Origin: Parcubacteria group bacterium GW2011_GWA1_56_13
Lineage (GTDB): Bacteria > Patescibacteriota > Minisyncoccia > Phycocordibacterales > Phycocordibacteraceae
Assembly (NCBI GenBank): GCA_001004905.1
Contig: LCRY01000002.1
Location: 269,873-333,872 of the forward strand
Direction of reading: 5' to 3'
Length of the DNA stretch: 64,000 nucleotides
Part shown: piece by piece, positions 1 through 9,128 of the stretch
How the letters are laid out: every line of letters begins with the position of its first letter
Position numbering within the stretch: the first letter of the stretch is position 1
Notes under the pieces: generated by a model
What the model was told of the DNA's origin: nothing
What the model saw: only the letters and a program-made list of their open reading frames with translations
Databases searched by the model: none
Position numbers and translations under genes: made by a program

Positions 1-937
1 GCCGCGGCCGCCGCTTGCGCGGTCGCGGCCGGACCATGCACGATCTCCGTTACGAGCCGCGCCAGGGTTTCCTGGGCCTGCCGGTCGCCCGGGCTGCGCG
101 CGTGCAGTTCCATAAGCGCGGAAATCTCGATAAGCGACAGGAACGTGTACACCTTGAGATACTTCTCGATGCTCTCGTCGGGCAGGTTTATCCAGAATTG
201 GTAGAAGCGGAAGGGCGAGGTCTTCTTCGCGTCGAGCCAGACGGCATTGCCCTCCGACTTGCCGAACTTCTTCCCTGTCGCATCGGTGATGAGCGGCATC
301 GTGAACGCATACACGTCTTTGCCGAGTTTCTTATGGATGAGGTCGACGCCGGAAAGGATGTTCGTCCACTGGTCACTCGCGCCGAACTGCAGGTCGCATC
401 CGTACTTCTCATGCAAGACGAGATAATCAAACCCCTGGAGGAGCGTGTACGAGAATTCAGCATACGAAATGCTCTCGTCAGGGGTTTCGATGCGCTTCCT
501 GACCAGGTCGCGCTTGATGAGGTCGTTGACGGTGAAAAATTTGCCGACCTCGCGCAGGAACGGAAGCAGTTTTACTTTTGAGAGCCAGTCGGCATTGTCC
601 ACTATCTTAAAAGGAACGCTCCCGAGAATCCTTTTAATCTGGGTTTTGATTGCGCGCGTGTTCGCCGCAACCGTCCTCTCGTCTTGCATTGGTCTCTCCC
701 CTTTTTCCTTCGGGTCGCCGATCTGGCCGGTGCCGCCGCCGACGAGGAAGATGAGCGTATGCCCCGCCTCACCAAGGCGCTTCATAGTCAGAATAGAGGC
801 AAGATTACCTATCTGCAGCGAGTCGGCGCTGGGGTCGAATCCGTTGTATGCAACCCGCGGGACGGAGAAAATCTTCTCTGGCGCCGTGGAGGAATGCTCA
901 ATAAGGCCGCGCGCTTTCAGTTCTTCAGCGAGAGTCA
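1..937 (-). CDS. tyrS: tyrosine--tRNA ligase (TyrRS), 3'-partial; ORF runs off the window start and is absent from the ORF track
   Basis: Manual reverse-complement translation from the ATG at 937 gives MTLAEELKARGLIEHSS...FDPSADSLQIGNL (HIGH-like motif) ... KFGKSEGNAVWL (KMSKS-like motif). No stop codon down to position 1. Confidence 0.85.
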
Positions 938-953
938 TGCAAAAACTATACCA

Positions 954-1476
954 CTAGCGGGCGAGGAAGAAGAGGCCAACGGCGGGAGAAACGAACCACC
1001 AGAAGAAATATCTTTCCGGGGCGAACAGGATGTCGAGAGCCGGTGTGAACTGGTACACGGGGGCGACCGGAAACATGTGGTACGCAAGCGCGAGCAGGAA
1101 CGCCGCGCCAAGGAAGGAGAGCGCAATGACTCCGAATATGCCAATGTAGAGGAAATCGGAAACGACAACGCGCCGGAGGACGATGTAGAACAGGAACGCG
1201 AGGCCGGCAAAGAGTCCGGCCTGGGCGAGAAGCGCGGTCATCGCCGGGGCCGTGGGTAGAAGCGACTTGTAAGGAAAGGCGATGTAGAGCGCGTAGGCGC
1301 AATAGAACGAAAGTAGGACCGCGACGAGCTGGCCGCGGCCGACGTACCACGCAAAAAGAAAGAAAACGGAGAGTAGGACGAGAATGATGAGAAAATCGCC
1401 CGCGGCGTTCCACGCCGTGAGCGCGGTGTGCGTTGCGAGCGTATTCACCTGCGCAAGTCCTTCGGTGGCAGTCATG
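954..1476 (-). CDS. hypothetical integral membrane protein (multi-TM)
   Basis: ORF 954..1601; start moved to the internal Met (MTATEGLAQ...) to avoid overlap with dnaJ. Hydrophobic helices throughout. Confidence 0.5.
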
Positions 1477-1491
1477 CCCCCAGTATACGGC

Positions 1492-2592
1492 CTAGAGCCC
1501 TTCGGATTTGAGGTCGTCAACAACCTTGCGGGCTTTGCCGGAGAGCTTCTGCGGAAGCGCGACTTCAAGCCGGATGATAAGGTCGCCCCGGCCGCCTTCA
1601 AGCGGTATTCCCTTTCCTCCCACCCGCAGCAGCTCCTCCGCGCGTTTCATCGGCGGTATCTTCACCTCGAGCGCCTTTCCCTCCAGGGTTTCGATGGAGA
1701 CGGTAGTGCCGAGAAGCGCGTCGGTGAGCTTTACCGGCAAGCTCATAACGAGATTCCCCCCGTCACGACGGAATTGCGGATGCGGCTTCACGTGTATCTT
1801 GACGTACAGGTCGCCCGCAATACCGGTCTTGACCGCCTCCCCCTTCCCCTGCATGCGTATCATTTCCCCGTTATCAATGCCGGAAGGAATGCGAATGTGC
1901 ACTTCTTCCTGCTTGCGCCGTGTGCCATGGCCTCTGCATTCGGGACATTTCTCCTTCGGTATCTTCCCGCTGCCCTCGCAGGCGGAACAGACGCGGACGG
2001 TAGTGAATTGCCCGAGAATGGAATTGCGCGTCTCGTGGACGCGGCCACTGCCGTTGCAGGTGGAACACTTCTCAAGCTCGGTACCCGGCTTCGCTCCCGA
2101 GCCGCGGCAAAGGTCGCAGGTGGAAACTTTTGCGATGAGGACGTTCCGGGTCGTGCCGAAGATAGCGTCCTTGAACGCTATTTCGAGGTCAATAGAAATG
2201 TCGCGTCCCCGGGGAGTCTGCTGACGCGCGGCCCTGCCGGAGAATATGTCGCCGAAGATATCGCCGAAATCTCCGCCGAATGCGGGTCCGCCTTCGGTGG
2301 AGAATTCAAAATTACCGTTCCGGAACATGTCATTGAAATCAAATCCGCCGAATGGATTGCCACCCGCAGGTCCTGAACCCCCGGCGAACGCTTGGCCGTA
2401 CGCGTCGTACTCACGACGCTTTTTGTCGTCGCTTAAGACCGAATAGGCCTCGGTAATTTCTTTGAACTTCGCTTCGTCGGTGCCCCCCTTATCGGGATGG
2501 TATTTATGCGCGAGCTTCCGGAAGGCCTTTTTGATATCCTCCTTGGTGGCCTTCCGGTCCACCCCGAGCACGTTGTAATAGTCCTTGGTCAT
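1492..2592 (-). CDS. dnaJ: molecular chaperone DnaJ
   Basis: J-domain with HPD motif (YHPDKG), Gly-rich linker, four CxxCxGxG zinc-finger repeats, C-terminal domains. Confidence 0.97.
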   Translation of the reverse strand: MTKDYYNVLGVDRKATKEDIKKAFRKLAHKYHPDKGGTDEAKFKEITEAYSVLSDDKKRREYDAYGQAFAGGSGPAGGNPFGGFDFNDMFRNGNFEFSTEGGPAFGGDFGDIFGDIFSGRAARQQTPRGRDISIDLEIAFKDAIFGTTRNVLIAKVSTCDLCRGSGAKPGTELEKCSTCNGSGRVHETRNSILGQFTTVRVCSACEGSGKIPKEKCPECRGHGTRRKQEEVHIRIPSGIDNGEMIRMQGKGEAVKTGIAGDLYVKIHVKPHPQFRRDGGNLVMSLPVKLTDALLGTTVSIETLEGKALEVKIPPMKRAEELLRVGGKGIPLEGGRGDLIIRLEVALPQKLSGKARKVVDDLKSEGL

Positions 2593-4493
2593 GGTTTTTC
2601 TTTAAATTCCGCGTCGGTCGGACCGGAAGATTCGGGGGGAGGATTCTGCGTCCCTCCTGCGTCGGGACCTGCGGCTGCACCTCCGGTCTGCTGCGCTTTC
2701 ATGACCGCTTCGCCTATCTTCATCATTGCCTGCGAAAGGTTGTCGGTCGCGGTTTTGATGGTCGCGGGGTCCTCGCTGTTGCGAGCGGTCTTGAGGGCGT
2801 CTATCTTGTCCTGCACTTCCTTCACTATCTCGGCCCCTACTTTTTCACCGTTGTCTTTTATCGCCTTCTCGGCGGCATACACGGCCTGGTCGGCGACATT
2901 GCGCGCCTCGACAAGCTCCTTGCGCTTCGCGTCGTCGGAGGCATGCGCCTCGGCATCGGCCGCCATCTTCTCGATGTCGGTCTTCGAGAGGCCCGTGGAG
3001 CCCTCGATGCGGATACTCTGCTCTTTGCCGGTCGTCTTTTCCTTCGCCTTCACCGTGAGGATACCGGAGGCGTCCACATCGAACGTCACTTCGATCTGCG
3101 GCATGCCGCGCGGGGACGGCGGGATGCCGTCGAGCATGAATTTGCCGAGCGACTTGTTGTCGGCGCTCATCGCGCGCTCGCCCTGCGTGATATGGATCTC
3201 GACCGACGGCTGGTTGTCGGCGGCGGTAGAAAATACCTGCGAGCGGCTGGTCGGGATGGCCGTGTTGCGCTCAATGAGCTTGGTCGCCACGCCGCCCATC
3301 GTCTCGATCGCGAGCGACAGCGGGATAACATCAACGAGCAGGATGTCTTTTACGTCGCCCTGCAGGATGCCCGCCTGGATGGCCGCGCCCACCGCAACAA
3401 CCTCGTCGGGATTAACGCTCATGTTCGGCTTCTTGCCGAAGAATTTTTCGACTTCCGCCTGGAGCTTCGGCATGCGGGTCTGGCCGCCGACCAGGATAAC
3501 CTCATTGATATCGGCCACCGTAAACGGCGACGCGTCCATCGCGCGCTTGGTGATGCTCATTGCGCGCTCGATGAATTCCGCAGCAAGGTCTTCGAGCTTC
3601 GCGCGTGTCATCTTGATGAGCATGTGCCGCGGGCCGGAGGCGTCCGAGGTGAGGAACGGGATATTTATCTCGGTCTCCATCGCGCTTGAAAGTTCTATCT
3701 TCGCCTTCTCGGCGGCCTCGTCGAGCCGCTGGCGCGCGAGCGCATCGCCACGCACATCGATGCCGCTCTCTTTTTTGAATTCGTCGGCAAGCCAGTTGAT
3801 TATCTTCTGGTCGATATCCTTGCCGCCCAGGTGCGCGTCGCCGTCGGTACTCTTCACCTCAATGACATCGCCGCCTACATCGAGTACCGAAATGTCGAAT
3901 GTTCCGCCGCCGAAGTCGAAGACCGCTATTTTCTCGTCTTTTTTCTTGTTGAAACCGTATGCAAGCGCGGCCGCCGTCGGCTCGTTGATGATGCGCTTCA
4001 CTTCAAGCCCGGCGATCTGCCCCGCGGCCTTGGTCGCGCTGCGCTGGTCGTCATTGAAGTACGCGGGGACGGTAATAACGGCTTCGGTTATCTTTTCGCC
4101 CAGCCTCGCTTCGGCGTCGGCTTTGAACTTGCCGAGTATCATCGCGGATATCTCTTCCGGCCGGTACCACTTATCCGTCATCTTGACCTCAATGCCGCCA
4201 TTGTCCGCTTTGCGCATTTCGAACGGCACGGCCGCCTTGTCTTTCTGCGCTGCAGGTTCGTCAAAGGAGTGGCCGATGAAGCGCTTGATCTGGAATATGG
4301 TGTTGAGCGGGTTCGTGACCGACTGACGCTTGGCAAGGGTGCCGACGATCCTCTCGCCGGTCTTCCCCACCGCCACAATGGACGGGGTGGTACGGGCGCC
4401 TTCGGCGTTCTCGAGCACGCGTGGCTCGCCGCCTTCGACGATAGCCATCGCGGAATTGGTCGTGCCTAGATCTATACCGAGAATTTTTGCCAT
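2589..4493 (-). CDS. dnaK: molecular chaperone DnaK (Hsp70)
   Basis: [22 protein letters not shown]..., full Hsp70 ATPase and substrate-binding domains. 4-nt overlap with dnaJ. Confidence 0.98.
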   Translation of the reverse strand: MAKILGIDLGTTNSAMAIVEGGEPRVLENAEGARTTPSIVAVGKTGERIVGTLAKRQSVTNPLNTIFQIKRFIGHSFDEPAAQKDKAAVPFEMRKADNGGIEVKMTDKWYRPEEISAMILGKFKADAEARLGEKITEAVITVPAYFNDDQRSATKAAGQIAGLEVKRIINEPTAAALAYGFNKKKDEKIAVFDFGGGTFDISVLDVGGDVIEVKSTDGDAHLGGKDIDQKIINWLADEFKKESGIDVRGDALARQRLDEAAEKAKIELSSAMETEINIPFLTSDASGPRHMLIKMTRAKLEDLAAEFIERAMSITKRAMDASPFTVADINEVILVGGQTRMPKLQAEVEKFFGKKPNMSVNPDEVVAVGAAIQAGILQGDVKDILLVDVIPLSLAIETMGGVATKLIERNTAIPTSRSQVFSTAADNQPSVEIHITQGERAMSADNKSLGKFMLDGIPPSPRGMPQIEVTFDVDASGILTVKAKEKTTGKEQSIRIEGSTGLSKTDIEKMAADAEAHASDDAKRKELVEARNVADQAVYAAEKAIKDNGEKVGAEIVKEVQDKIDALKTARNSEDPATIKTATDNLSQAMMKIGEAVMKAQQTGGAAAGPDAGGTQNPPPESSGPTDAEFKEKP

Positions 4494-4548
4494 AGTGTTT
4501 TTAAAGTTAGGAACCTATTTTACGTAAATCTTCATTCTCATGCAACAT

Positions 4549-5112
4549 TCAGGTCTGCTTGCCGGCGACCTGGTCGAAGTGCCCGACGCGAACTTTTGCC
4601 GGACGAATGACAGTGGGGCCTATCCTCCATCCTTTTTCCAAGAGTGCCGTGATGGTGTTGTCTGCCTCCATCGAATCTACCGTGTCTTGTCCGAATGCCT
4701 CGTGAAGCGCAGGGTCGAACATTCCGCCAATGTGGCCCACCTCTTCAAGACCGAGCGCGGCGAAGGCACTCTCAAGCTGGCGCGCGATCGCGAGAAAGCC
4801 CTGTGATATCTCCCCATGCTCCTTGGCGCGCTCGAGGGCGTCAAAGGCCGGCAGAAGCGTCTCCACCGCCTTTATCTTCCCGGCGAGTTCCGCCGTTTTA
4901 ACGTCTCCTTCGAACCGCTTGAGCGCGTTTATGTAATCGGCTTTGGCCCTCTGCCATCCGTCCATGTATTCCTGCTTTTCTTTTCGGCACGCCCCAAGCT
5001 CCTCTCGAAGTTTTTTTACCTTCGCGGACGCTCCCTCGGGGGACTCGGGATCTTCGGACCCGCCAGAAGCTTCTGGGTCCTCGGCTATGATTTTTACTTC
5101 GTCCTCATCCAT
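4549..5112 (-). CDS. grpE: nucleotide exchange factor GrpE (start taken at the MDEDEV Met; the longest ORF would extend to 5223 and overlap the upstream regulator)
   Basis: Acidic N-terminus, coiled-coil, and a C-terminal GrpE domain (FDPALHEA...IRPAKVRVG). Sits in the grpE-dnaK-dnaJ operon. Confidence 0.85.
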   Translation of the reverse strand: MDEDEVKIIAEDPEASGGSEDPESPEGASAKVKKLREELGACRKEKQEYMDGWQRAKADYINALKRFEGDVKTAELAGKIKAVETLLPAFDALERAKEHGEISQGFLAIARQLESAFAALGLEEVGHIGGMFDPALHEAFGQDTVDSMEADNTITALLEKGWRIGPTVIRPAKVRVGHFDQVAGKQT

Positions 5113-5154
5113 TTCCCTACTATGCCCGAAAATGCATGCGGAGTCAAAAAGATA

Positions 5155-5180
5155 ATCGCGGGACCGAACGGCCCCGCGAT
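5155..5180. promoter_or_regulatory. perfect inverted repeat ATCGCGGG-N10-CCCGCGAT in the grpE leader; candidate operator
   Basis: Seen directly: 8-bp perfect arms with a 10-nt spacer, 13 nt after the regulator stop and upstream of the grpE start. No canonical CIRCE (TTAGCACTC-N9-GAGTGCTAA) is present. Confidence 0.4.
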
Positions 5181-5191
5181 CGTTAGCTTTG

Positions 5192-6109
5192 TCATACATG
5201 GACAAGAGAGTAGCCAATCCCACGTTCGGTTTTTATCGCGTAGGGACAGCCATTCAAGAACTTCCTGAGCCGCGTCACAAGCGCGTCCACCGCCCGCTCC
5301 TCAATGAACACGCTCGGTCCCCATACCGCGTCCAGGATGGCTTGCCGGACATGGAGACGGCCGACGGGATTGGCGAGGAAGCGGAGCAGATTATACGAAC
5401 GCGTGCGGATGACGTCCCGCCGAGGATTCGTGACGCCAATTTCCACCTCAAAATTGTCGTAGACGGTTATTCCCTCGAGGATGAGCAGAGGTCTTGACCC
5501 GGGTTTCGGTTCAGGCGCGATAAGAACTGTTTCTTTGTGCTGTTCTTTCGACCTGTCAAGGACCAGAAACCCCCGGCGTACTGCCTCAATTACCGCACAA
5601 ATTCTGTTCGGCGTAGAGAGTTTCCCGAGAATATGCCCCACGTGATTTCTGACCGTTTCCTTGGAGATCTGGAGGATGGAACCGATTTCCGCATTGGTTT
5701 TCCCCTCCGCTATCCACCTCAATACGTCCTGCTCCCGCGATGAAAGCAAGGATGGCATGTTTCCTCCCTGAAGAATTGTTTGCGTAAAGGGTTTGGGTGC
5801 TGATTTTGCTGCGGAGTTTTCATGATCCCTTTGCTGATCCTTCTGTATAGGACAGATCGCGCTCAATGTGCGCTCCAATTCCGCCATGTGCATCTCAACC
5901 TCAGAGCCACGGAAGATAACAAATCCATGGGAGGTCGCTTCCTCCACGACACGGAAACGCTTCCGGACCGAAAACGCCGCAAGGATATTGTGTACATCCT
6001 GGGCAACTTTATTTCTGGAGATGTCGAGGATCTGACTGATTTCGTCATTTGTTTTCCCCTTCGCCATCAGCTCGAAGACCCTGAGGCGGCGGTGTACATA
6101 AGGTTTCAT
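5192..6109 (-). CDS. unusual transcriptional regulator: two LuxR/GerE-type HTH domains plus a C-terminal OmpR/PhoB-type winged-helix domain; sits in the HrcA position
   Basis: First HTH: RLRVFELMAKGKTNDEISQILDISRNKVAQDVHNIL. Second HTH: LSSREQDVLRWIAEGKTNAEIGSILQISKETVRNHVGHILGKL. C-terminus: LLRFLANPVGRLHVRQAILDAVWGP...RLRKFL...IKTERGIGYSL (trans_reg_C-like). GGAGG lies 5 nt before the MKPYV start. Confidence 0.6.
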   Translation of the reverse strand: MKPYVHRRLRVFELMAKGKTNDEISQILDISRNKVAQDVHNILAAFSVRKRFRVVEEATSHGFVIFRGSEVEMHMAELERTLSAICPIQKDQQRDHENSAAKSAPKPFTQTILQGGNMPSLLSSREQDVLRWIAEGKTNAEIGSILQISKETVRNHVGHILGKLSTPNRICAVIEAVRRGFLVLDRSKEQHKETVLIAPEPKPGSRPLLILEGITVYDNFEVEIGVTNPRRDVIRTRSYNLLRFLANPVGRLHVRQAILDAVWGPSVFIEERAVDALVTRLRKFLNGCPYAIKTERGIGYSLVHV

Positions 6110-6205
6110 TACGCCTCCCTGACGAATGTATCCAAGCGGGATTGCCTGGTCTAAGATGAGGTATAGCATAAAAAATCGCCGTGGTCGGTACTAACCGCTG
6201 CACGG

Positions 6206-6238
6206 AGTAAAAAGAAGACCCCCGCTGAAGCGGGGGTT
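6206..6238 (-). terminator. intrinsic terminator after the Cys-rich small gene
   Basis: Stem ACCCCCGC / GCGGGGGT with a tgaa loop, followed by a T-run on the minus strand. Confidence 0.7.
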
Positions 6239-6260
6239 CCCATTAACGGCCGCGCGGTGA

Positions 6261-6488
6261 CTACCCATCGGCGTCGTCCAGTGCGCACTGGTTGGAGCAG
6301 TAGACGGCGAGGTGTGCCGGAGAAAGTGGCACGTCACAAGCTCCGTTCATGCAGTGCCTGCCCGCCGGGTGATTCTGGGGAACGAGCCATCCTCGGCCGA
6401 GGCATACCTCGCACCCATGTCCTCCGCAGGGGTCGCATTGCACGCTATCCGGCGGATAGTTTTTATCCTTCGGAATGCTCGTATCCAT
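6261..6488 (-). CDS. small Cys-rich protein with two DnaJ-type CxxCxGxG zinc-finger motifs plus CxxxxC and CxxxC pairs
   Basis: MDTSIPKDKNYPPDSVQCDPCGGHGCEVCLGRGW...CMNGAC...CSNQC. AGGAG Shine-Dalgarno 7 nt upstream; own terminator. Confidence 0.55.
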   Translation of the reverse strand: MDTSIPKDKNYPPDSVQCDPCGGHGCEVCLGRGWLVPQNHPAGRHCMNGACDVPLSPAHLAVYCSNQCALDDADG

Positions 6489-6501
6489 CTCGGTTCTCCT
6501 C

Positions 6502-6708
6502 TCAAAAAGAGTTTGCTGGGCGAATGAGCGTCGCATCCGGTTTTCCATTGATCTTGGTGCCGACGAGTGCCGACGGTACCGGCTCCCATTTCCCGGTCGT
6601 GGAGTCGTATACGTCGGTTTTCTTCAGCTCTTCCCCGGCGCGAAGACAGCGTCCAAAAACCGCTTCTTCCTGGTTCCGGGGATGCAAATGCAGAATGTTC
6701 ATTCCGTT
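6502..6708 (-). CDS. small hypothetical protein, paralog A (~68 aa)
   Basis: MNGMNILHLHPRNQEEAVFGRCLRAGEELKKTDVYDSTTGKWEP...IRPA, a paralog of ORF 7555..7746. Strong Shine-Dalgarno AGGGAGAG; conserved promoter. Confidence 0.55.
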   Translation of the reverse strand, partial: NGMNILHLHPRNQEEAVFGRCLRAGEELKKTDVYDSTTGKWEPVPSALVGTKINGKPDATLIRPANSF

Positions 6709-6750
6709 CATGCTCTCCCTTTCTTTCAAGGACTGGAACTGTCCAGGCGA

Positions 6751-6779
6751 ACTCTATTCCTGCATTTACACCAAGTCAA
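6751..6779 (-). promoter_or_regulatory. sigma70-like promoter of paralog A (TTGACT-N17-TAGAGT)
   Basis: Same architecture and spacing as the promoter upstream of paralog B. Confidence 0.45.
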
Positions 6780-6781
6780 AT

Positions 6782-6812
6782 CCCATGGCGGGCACGTAGT
6801 GCCCGCCATGGG
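6782..6812. repeat. 31-nt perfect palindrome (14-bp arms) cccatggcgggcac-gta-gtgcccgccatggg
   Basis: Seen directly, between the LUD gene stop and the paralog A promoter. Could be a terminator hairpin or an operator. Confidence 0.5.
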
Positions 6813-6827
6813 ATGCGGTCCAGGAAA

Positions 6828-7448
6828 TTAAAAGCCGAGCTTTTCGTTGACGAAGATAACGTGGACTCGCCTGTTCTGTTTCTCCTGATGCAGTATCACG
6901 GTCTTGCTGTGCGCCGTGTGAGAGCCGTATTTCTTCAGTATATTCACGTCTTCGAGCGGCAGGATGTACGTATCTATCCGTTCAAAAGCATCTGGTAAAT
7001 CCCGGACTATCTTCTGCGTGCCAACGACAAGTATGATGTTCGGCGAGGTATATACCACGTGCGGCAGCTGACTGCCGGTATTGGACGCGATGACGATTTC
7101 CCCGGCCTCGGTGATGGCGTGCGCACTGCCGAGGTAATAGTCCGAAATGACCGATAATTTGCGCAGTTCCTTTTGCCGTTCCGGGTCCTTTTCGACGAGA
7201 ACGGCCGCGTGGAGATTATTCCAGCCGTGCGTGCCGTTTTTCAAGTACTCGACAAAACCGATTTCCTCGAGAGTGCGCGAGGAGCCGTTCATGACCGACG
7301 CCCCCGCCGGAATGAGACGTGTAATACGCGCAAGCGCGTCGGCACTCGTCGGAGCTACCTCAGGCAGGAATCCCCGCCCGGCGAGCCCTTTCGTTACTTT
7401 TGCGAGGACCTCTATCGGTGCCAATACGTCAAATGTTCGTGTTTTCAT
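6828..7448 (-). CDS. LUD-domain protein (LutC / YkgG-like lactate-utilisation family)
   Basis: Domain-level similarity to DUF162/LUD; 206 aa. Confidence 0.6.
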   Translation of the reverse strand: MKTRTFDVLAPIEVLAKVTKGLAGRGFLPEVAPTSADALARITRLIPAGASVMNGSSRTLEEIGFVEYLKNGTHGWNNLHAAVLVEKDPERQKELRKLSVISDYYLGSAHAITEAGEIVIASNTGSQLPHVVYTSPNIILVVGTQKIVRDLPDAFERIDTYILPLEDVNILKKYGSHTAHSKTVILHQEKQNRRVHVIFVNEKLGF

Positions 7449-7502
7449 ATCCCTTCACTATGCCCTATCTAAAAACCGGGGCACCCTGTGGACAACTTTT
7501 GA

Positions 7503-7536
7503 GGGTAAAAAGAAGCCCCGCTGGAAGCGGGGCTTT
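7503..7536 (-). terminator. intrinsic terminator after paralog B
   Basis: Stem AAGCCCCGC / GCGGGGCTT followed by a T-run on the minus strand. Confidence 0.65.
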
Positions 7537-7554
7537 AGTTTTCCGAACTCTGTT

Positions 7555-7746
7555 CTACGCGGGACGAATGAATATCATCTCCGCGTTTTCCGGCACCGGG
7601 GTACCAACAGCTTTCCCGGATATCGACTGCCATCCGCTTATGGAGTCGTATACGTCGCCTGTCTTTCGTAGCTCTCCTGGCCCAAGGCGACGTCCTAGAA
7701 CGACGTCTTCGTCGAAACGTGGATGATGATACTTTCGTGCATCCAT
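7555..7746 (-). CDS. small hypothetical protein, paralog B (63 aa)
   Basis: MDARKYHHPRFDEDVVLGRRLGPGELRKTGDVYDSISGW...IFIRPA. Shine-Dalgarno AGGGAGAGGGAG. Confidence 0.55.
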   Translation of the reverse strand: MDARKYHHPRFDEDVVLGRRLGPGELRKTGDVYDSISGWQSISGKAVGTPVPENAEMIFIRPA

Positions 7747-7784
7747 TTCTCCCTCTCCCTAAAGTGGGCAATTGACCCGTCCTG

Positions 7785-7813
7785 ACTTTATTCTGACCTC
7801 CCCATCAAGTCAA
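7785..7813 (-). promoter_or_regulatory. sigma70-like promoter of paralog B (TTGACT-N17-TAAAGT)
   Basis: Conserved with the paralog A promoter. Confidence 0.45.
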
Positions 7814-8025
7814 ATACCACTTCTTACGCCGCTTGAAATGCGGTATGGTGAGAAAAGACAGATAAAGGAGTATGTCCGTGGAAAATACGCACATCGTCGA
7901 TGGACGAATGTTTATGGAGCAGGCGCGGGCCGAACGAGTAGTGAGCGCTCATCTTGCCTGCCTCCGTTGTGAGCAGGGGGTTTTGAGCAAGGACTACCCT
8001 TGCTCACGACGTTAGGGCCTGTGGA

Positions 8026-8658
8026 TTATAAGATGCCTCTCTTTTTCAGTTCCCGTTCTCGAATCCGTCTCTCAGCTCGGGTTTCTCCCAGATTATTTCT
8101 ATGAGCTTCAGGAATGAAATCGATTTCTCTCAAAGATGGTTGGCAGTAAGAAAATGTTGTTCGTCCATTGAAATTTGTGACAGCAAAGTCACCTGCCCCA
8201 ATAATATCCATACCAATCAGTACCTGTGTATGATCTTTCTCGTCAGCTCCATCGTCTGGGATTAAATCCGCTTCTGTGACACGGACTTGTCCGAACATAG
8301 ACCGACTCGGTAACCCGATATTTATAAGATACGTATTTGTCGAGGACTTTCCTTTGGCATGACGTACCTCTGCTACTCCCGAAGGTTTCAGTCCCAAATC
8401 TCGTACCACCCTTTGAGTGATTGCCGAATTAGTTGCTCCCGTATCCCAAATGGCCGTATATTCTCGAAGTTGATACCCTCCTCTTTCCACCTCCTCTAGC
8501 GTCGCTGCCTCTCCTATCTTCACTTTGTTTGTAAGCACACGCACACGACCTGAGATTTTTGTAGTGAAAGCAAGATGCTGTACCATAACCCGAACTGTTA
8601 ACGGAACAAGGCTCTTGAATGAAATGTTTGGGTGTAGGATTCTTCGCCAGGACGACAC
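8026..8658 (-). CDS. retropepsin-like (clan AA) aspartic protease; start uncertain
   Basis: IWDTGATNSAIT (DTGA active-site motif) and LIGMDIIGAGDF. Lies in a low-GC segment. Confidence 0.6.
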   Translation of the reverse strand: MSSWRRILHPNISFKSLVPLTVRVMVQHLAFTTKISGRVRVLTNKVKIGEAATLEEVERGGYQLREYTAIWDTGATNSAITQRVVRDLGLKPSGVAEVRHAKGKSSTNTYLINIGLPSRSMFGQVRVTEADLIPDDGADEKDHTQVLIGMDIIGAGDFAVTNFNGRTTFSYCQPSLREIDFIPEAHRNNLGETRAERRIRERELKKRGIL

Positions 8659-8846
8659 TCCTGAATAAGGAAAGTACCCAGATCAAATCTCTCCTTGGCT
8701 TCGGTATAAGCTTGGATTTCAGAATCATAATCACCCTTCACTTCCTCGTCCTTGATGACGAGAAATTTCCCTTCATATTTAGAAACCAACTCAGCTTGAT
8801 GTCTCTTAAAATATTCAAGTTCTTTCTGAAGATTTGGTACGTTCAT
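8598..8846 (-). CDS. small hypothetical protein of the kind often paired with retropepsin-like proteases (DUF5678-like; family name from memory)
   Basis: MNVPNLQKELEYFKRHQAELVSKYEGKFLVIKDEEVKGDYDSEIQAYTEAKERFDLGTFLIQ. Confidence 0.4.
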   Translation of the reverse strand: MNVPNLQKELEYFKRHQAELVSKYEGKFLVIKDEEVKGDYDSEIQAYTEAKERFDLGTFLIQECRPGEESYTQTFHSRALFR

Positions 8847-8872
8847 TTTTAGAGAATAGCACAATAGTTGTT

Positions 8873-8901
8873 AACGCTTCGACCACTGCGGGGCGTTGTG
8901 G
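8873..8901. repeat. imperfect direct repeat, copy A: duplicate of the rpsI 3' end; would encode ...APQWSKR*
   Basis: 23/29 identical to 9374..9402, with the same reading frame and peptide as the S9 C-terminus. Confidence 0.7.
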
Positions 8902-8906
8902 ACGAC

Positions 8907-9128
8907 TTACGCCGCAATTGAAAGTCCAGAGGAGATCTTTACTGGAATCCCATTACGCATGTTCTTCTGAAGTTGATTGCCTGCATCGAGAAGTTCAATA
9001 CCCAAAATATTTCCCTTCTTGTCGAGATCAACGATAAGTTGCTCTTTCATTTCCACGGTTCTAGCCACCTTGCCTTTGCGCAAAGTCATATAAATAGCAT
9101 CCGCCACCTTGTCGTAGTTGATGTTCAT
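8907..9128 (-). CDS. DUF2283 family small protein (antitoxin-like partner of DUF4258)
   Basis: MNINYDKVADAIYMTLRKGKVARTVEM...ILGIELLDAG. Confidence 0.65.
   Translation of the reverse strand: MNINYDKVADAIYMTLRKGKVARTVEMKEQLIVDLDKKGNILGIELLDAGNQLQKNMRNGIPVKISSGLSIAA

Noticed and set aside
15-581. 188-aa + strand ORF at the window start
   Set aside because: Antisense to the clearly recognisable tyrS coding sequence on the minus strand; typical high-GC antisense ORF.
2497-4326. 609-aa + strand ORF (and 2943..3689, 3831..4469)
   Set aside because: Antisense to dnaK, which is unambiguous; Ala/Ser/Arg-rich low-complexity translation.
4549-5223. Longest-ORF version of grpE (224 aa)
   Set aside because: The N-terminal 37 codons would overlap the regulator gene 3' end and are not GrpE-like; the start was moved to the MDEDEV Met.
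5537-6154. Two + strand ORFs with similar sequences (5537..5743 and 5822..6154)
   Set aside because: They mirror the two LuxR-HTH repeats of the minus-strand regulator and are antisense artefacts of that internal duplication.
5112-6260. CIRCE element (TTAGCACTC-N9-GAGTGCTAA) for HrcA control
   Set aside because: Searched by eye upstream of grpE and of the regulator gene; not present. A different palindrome is reported as a finding instead.
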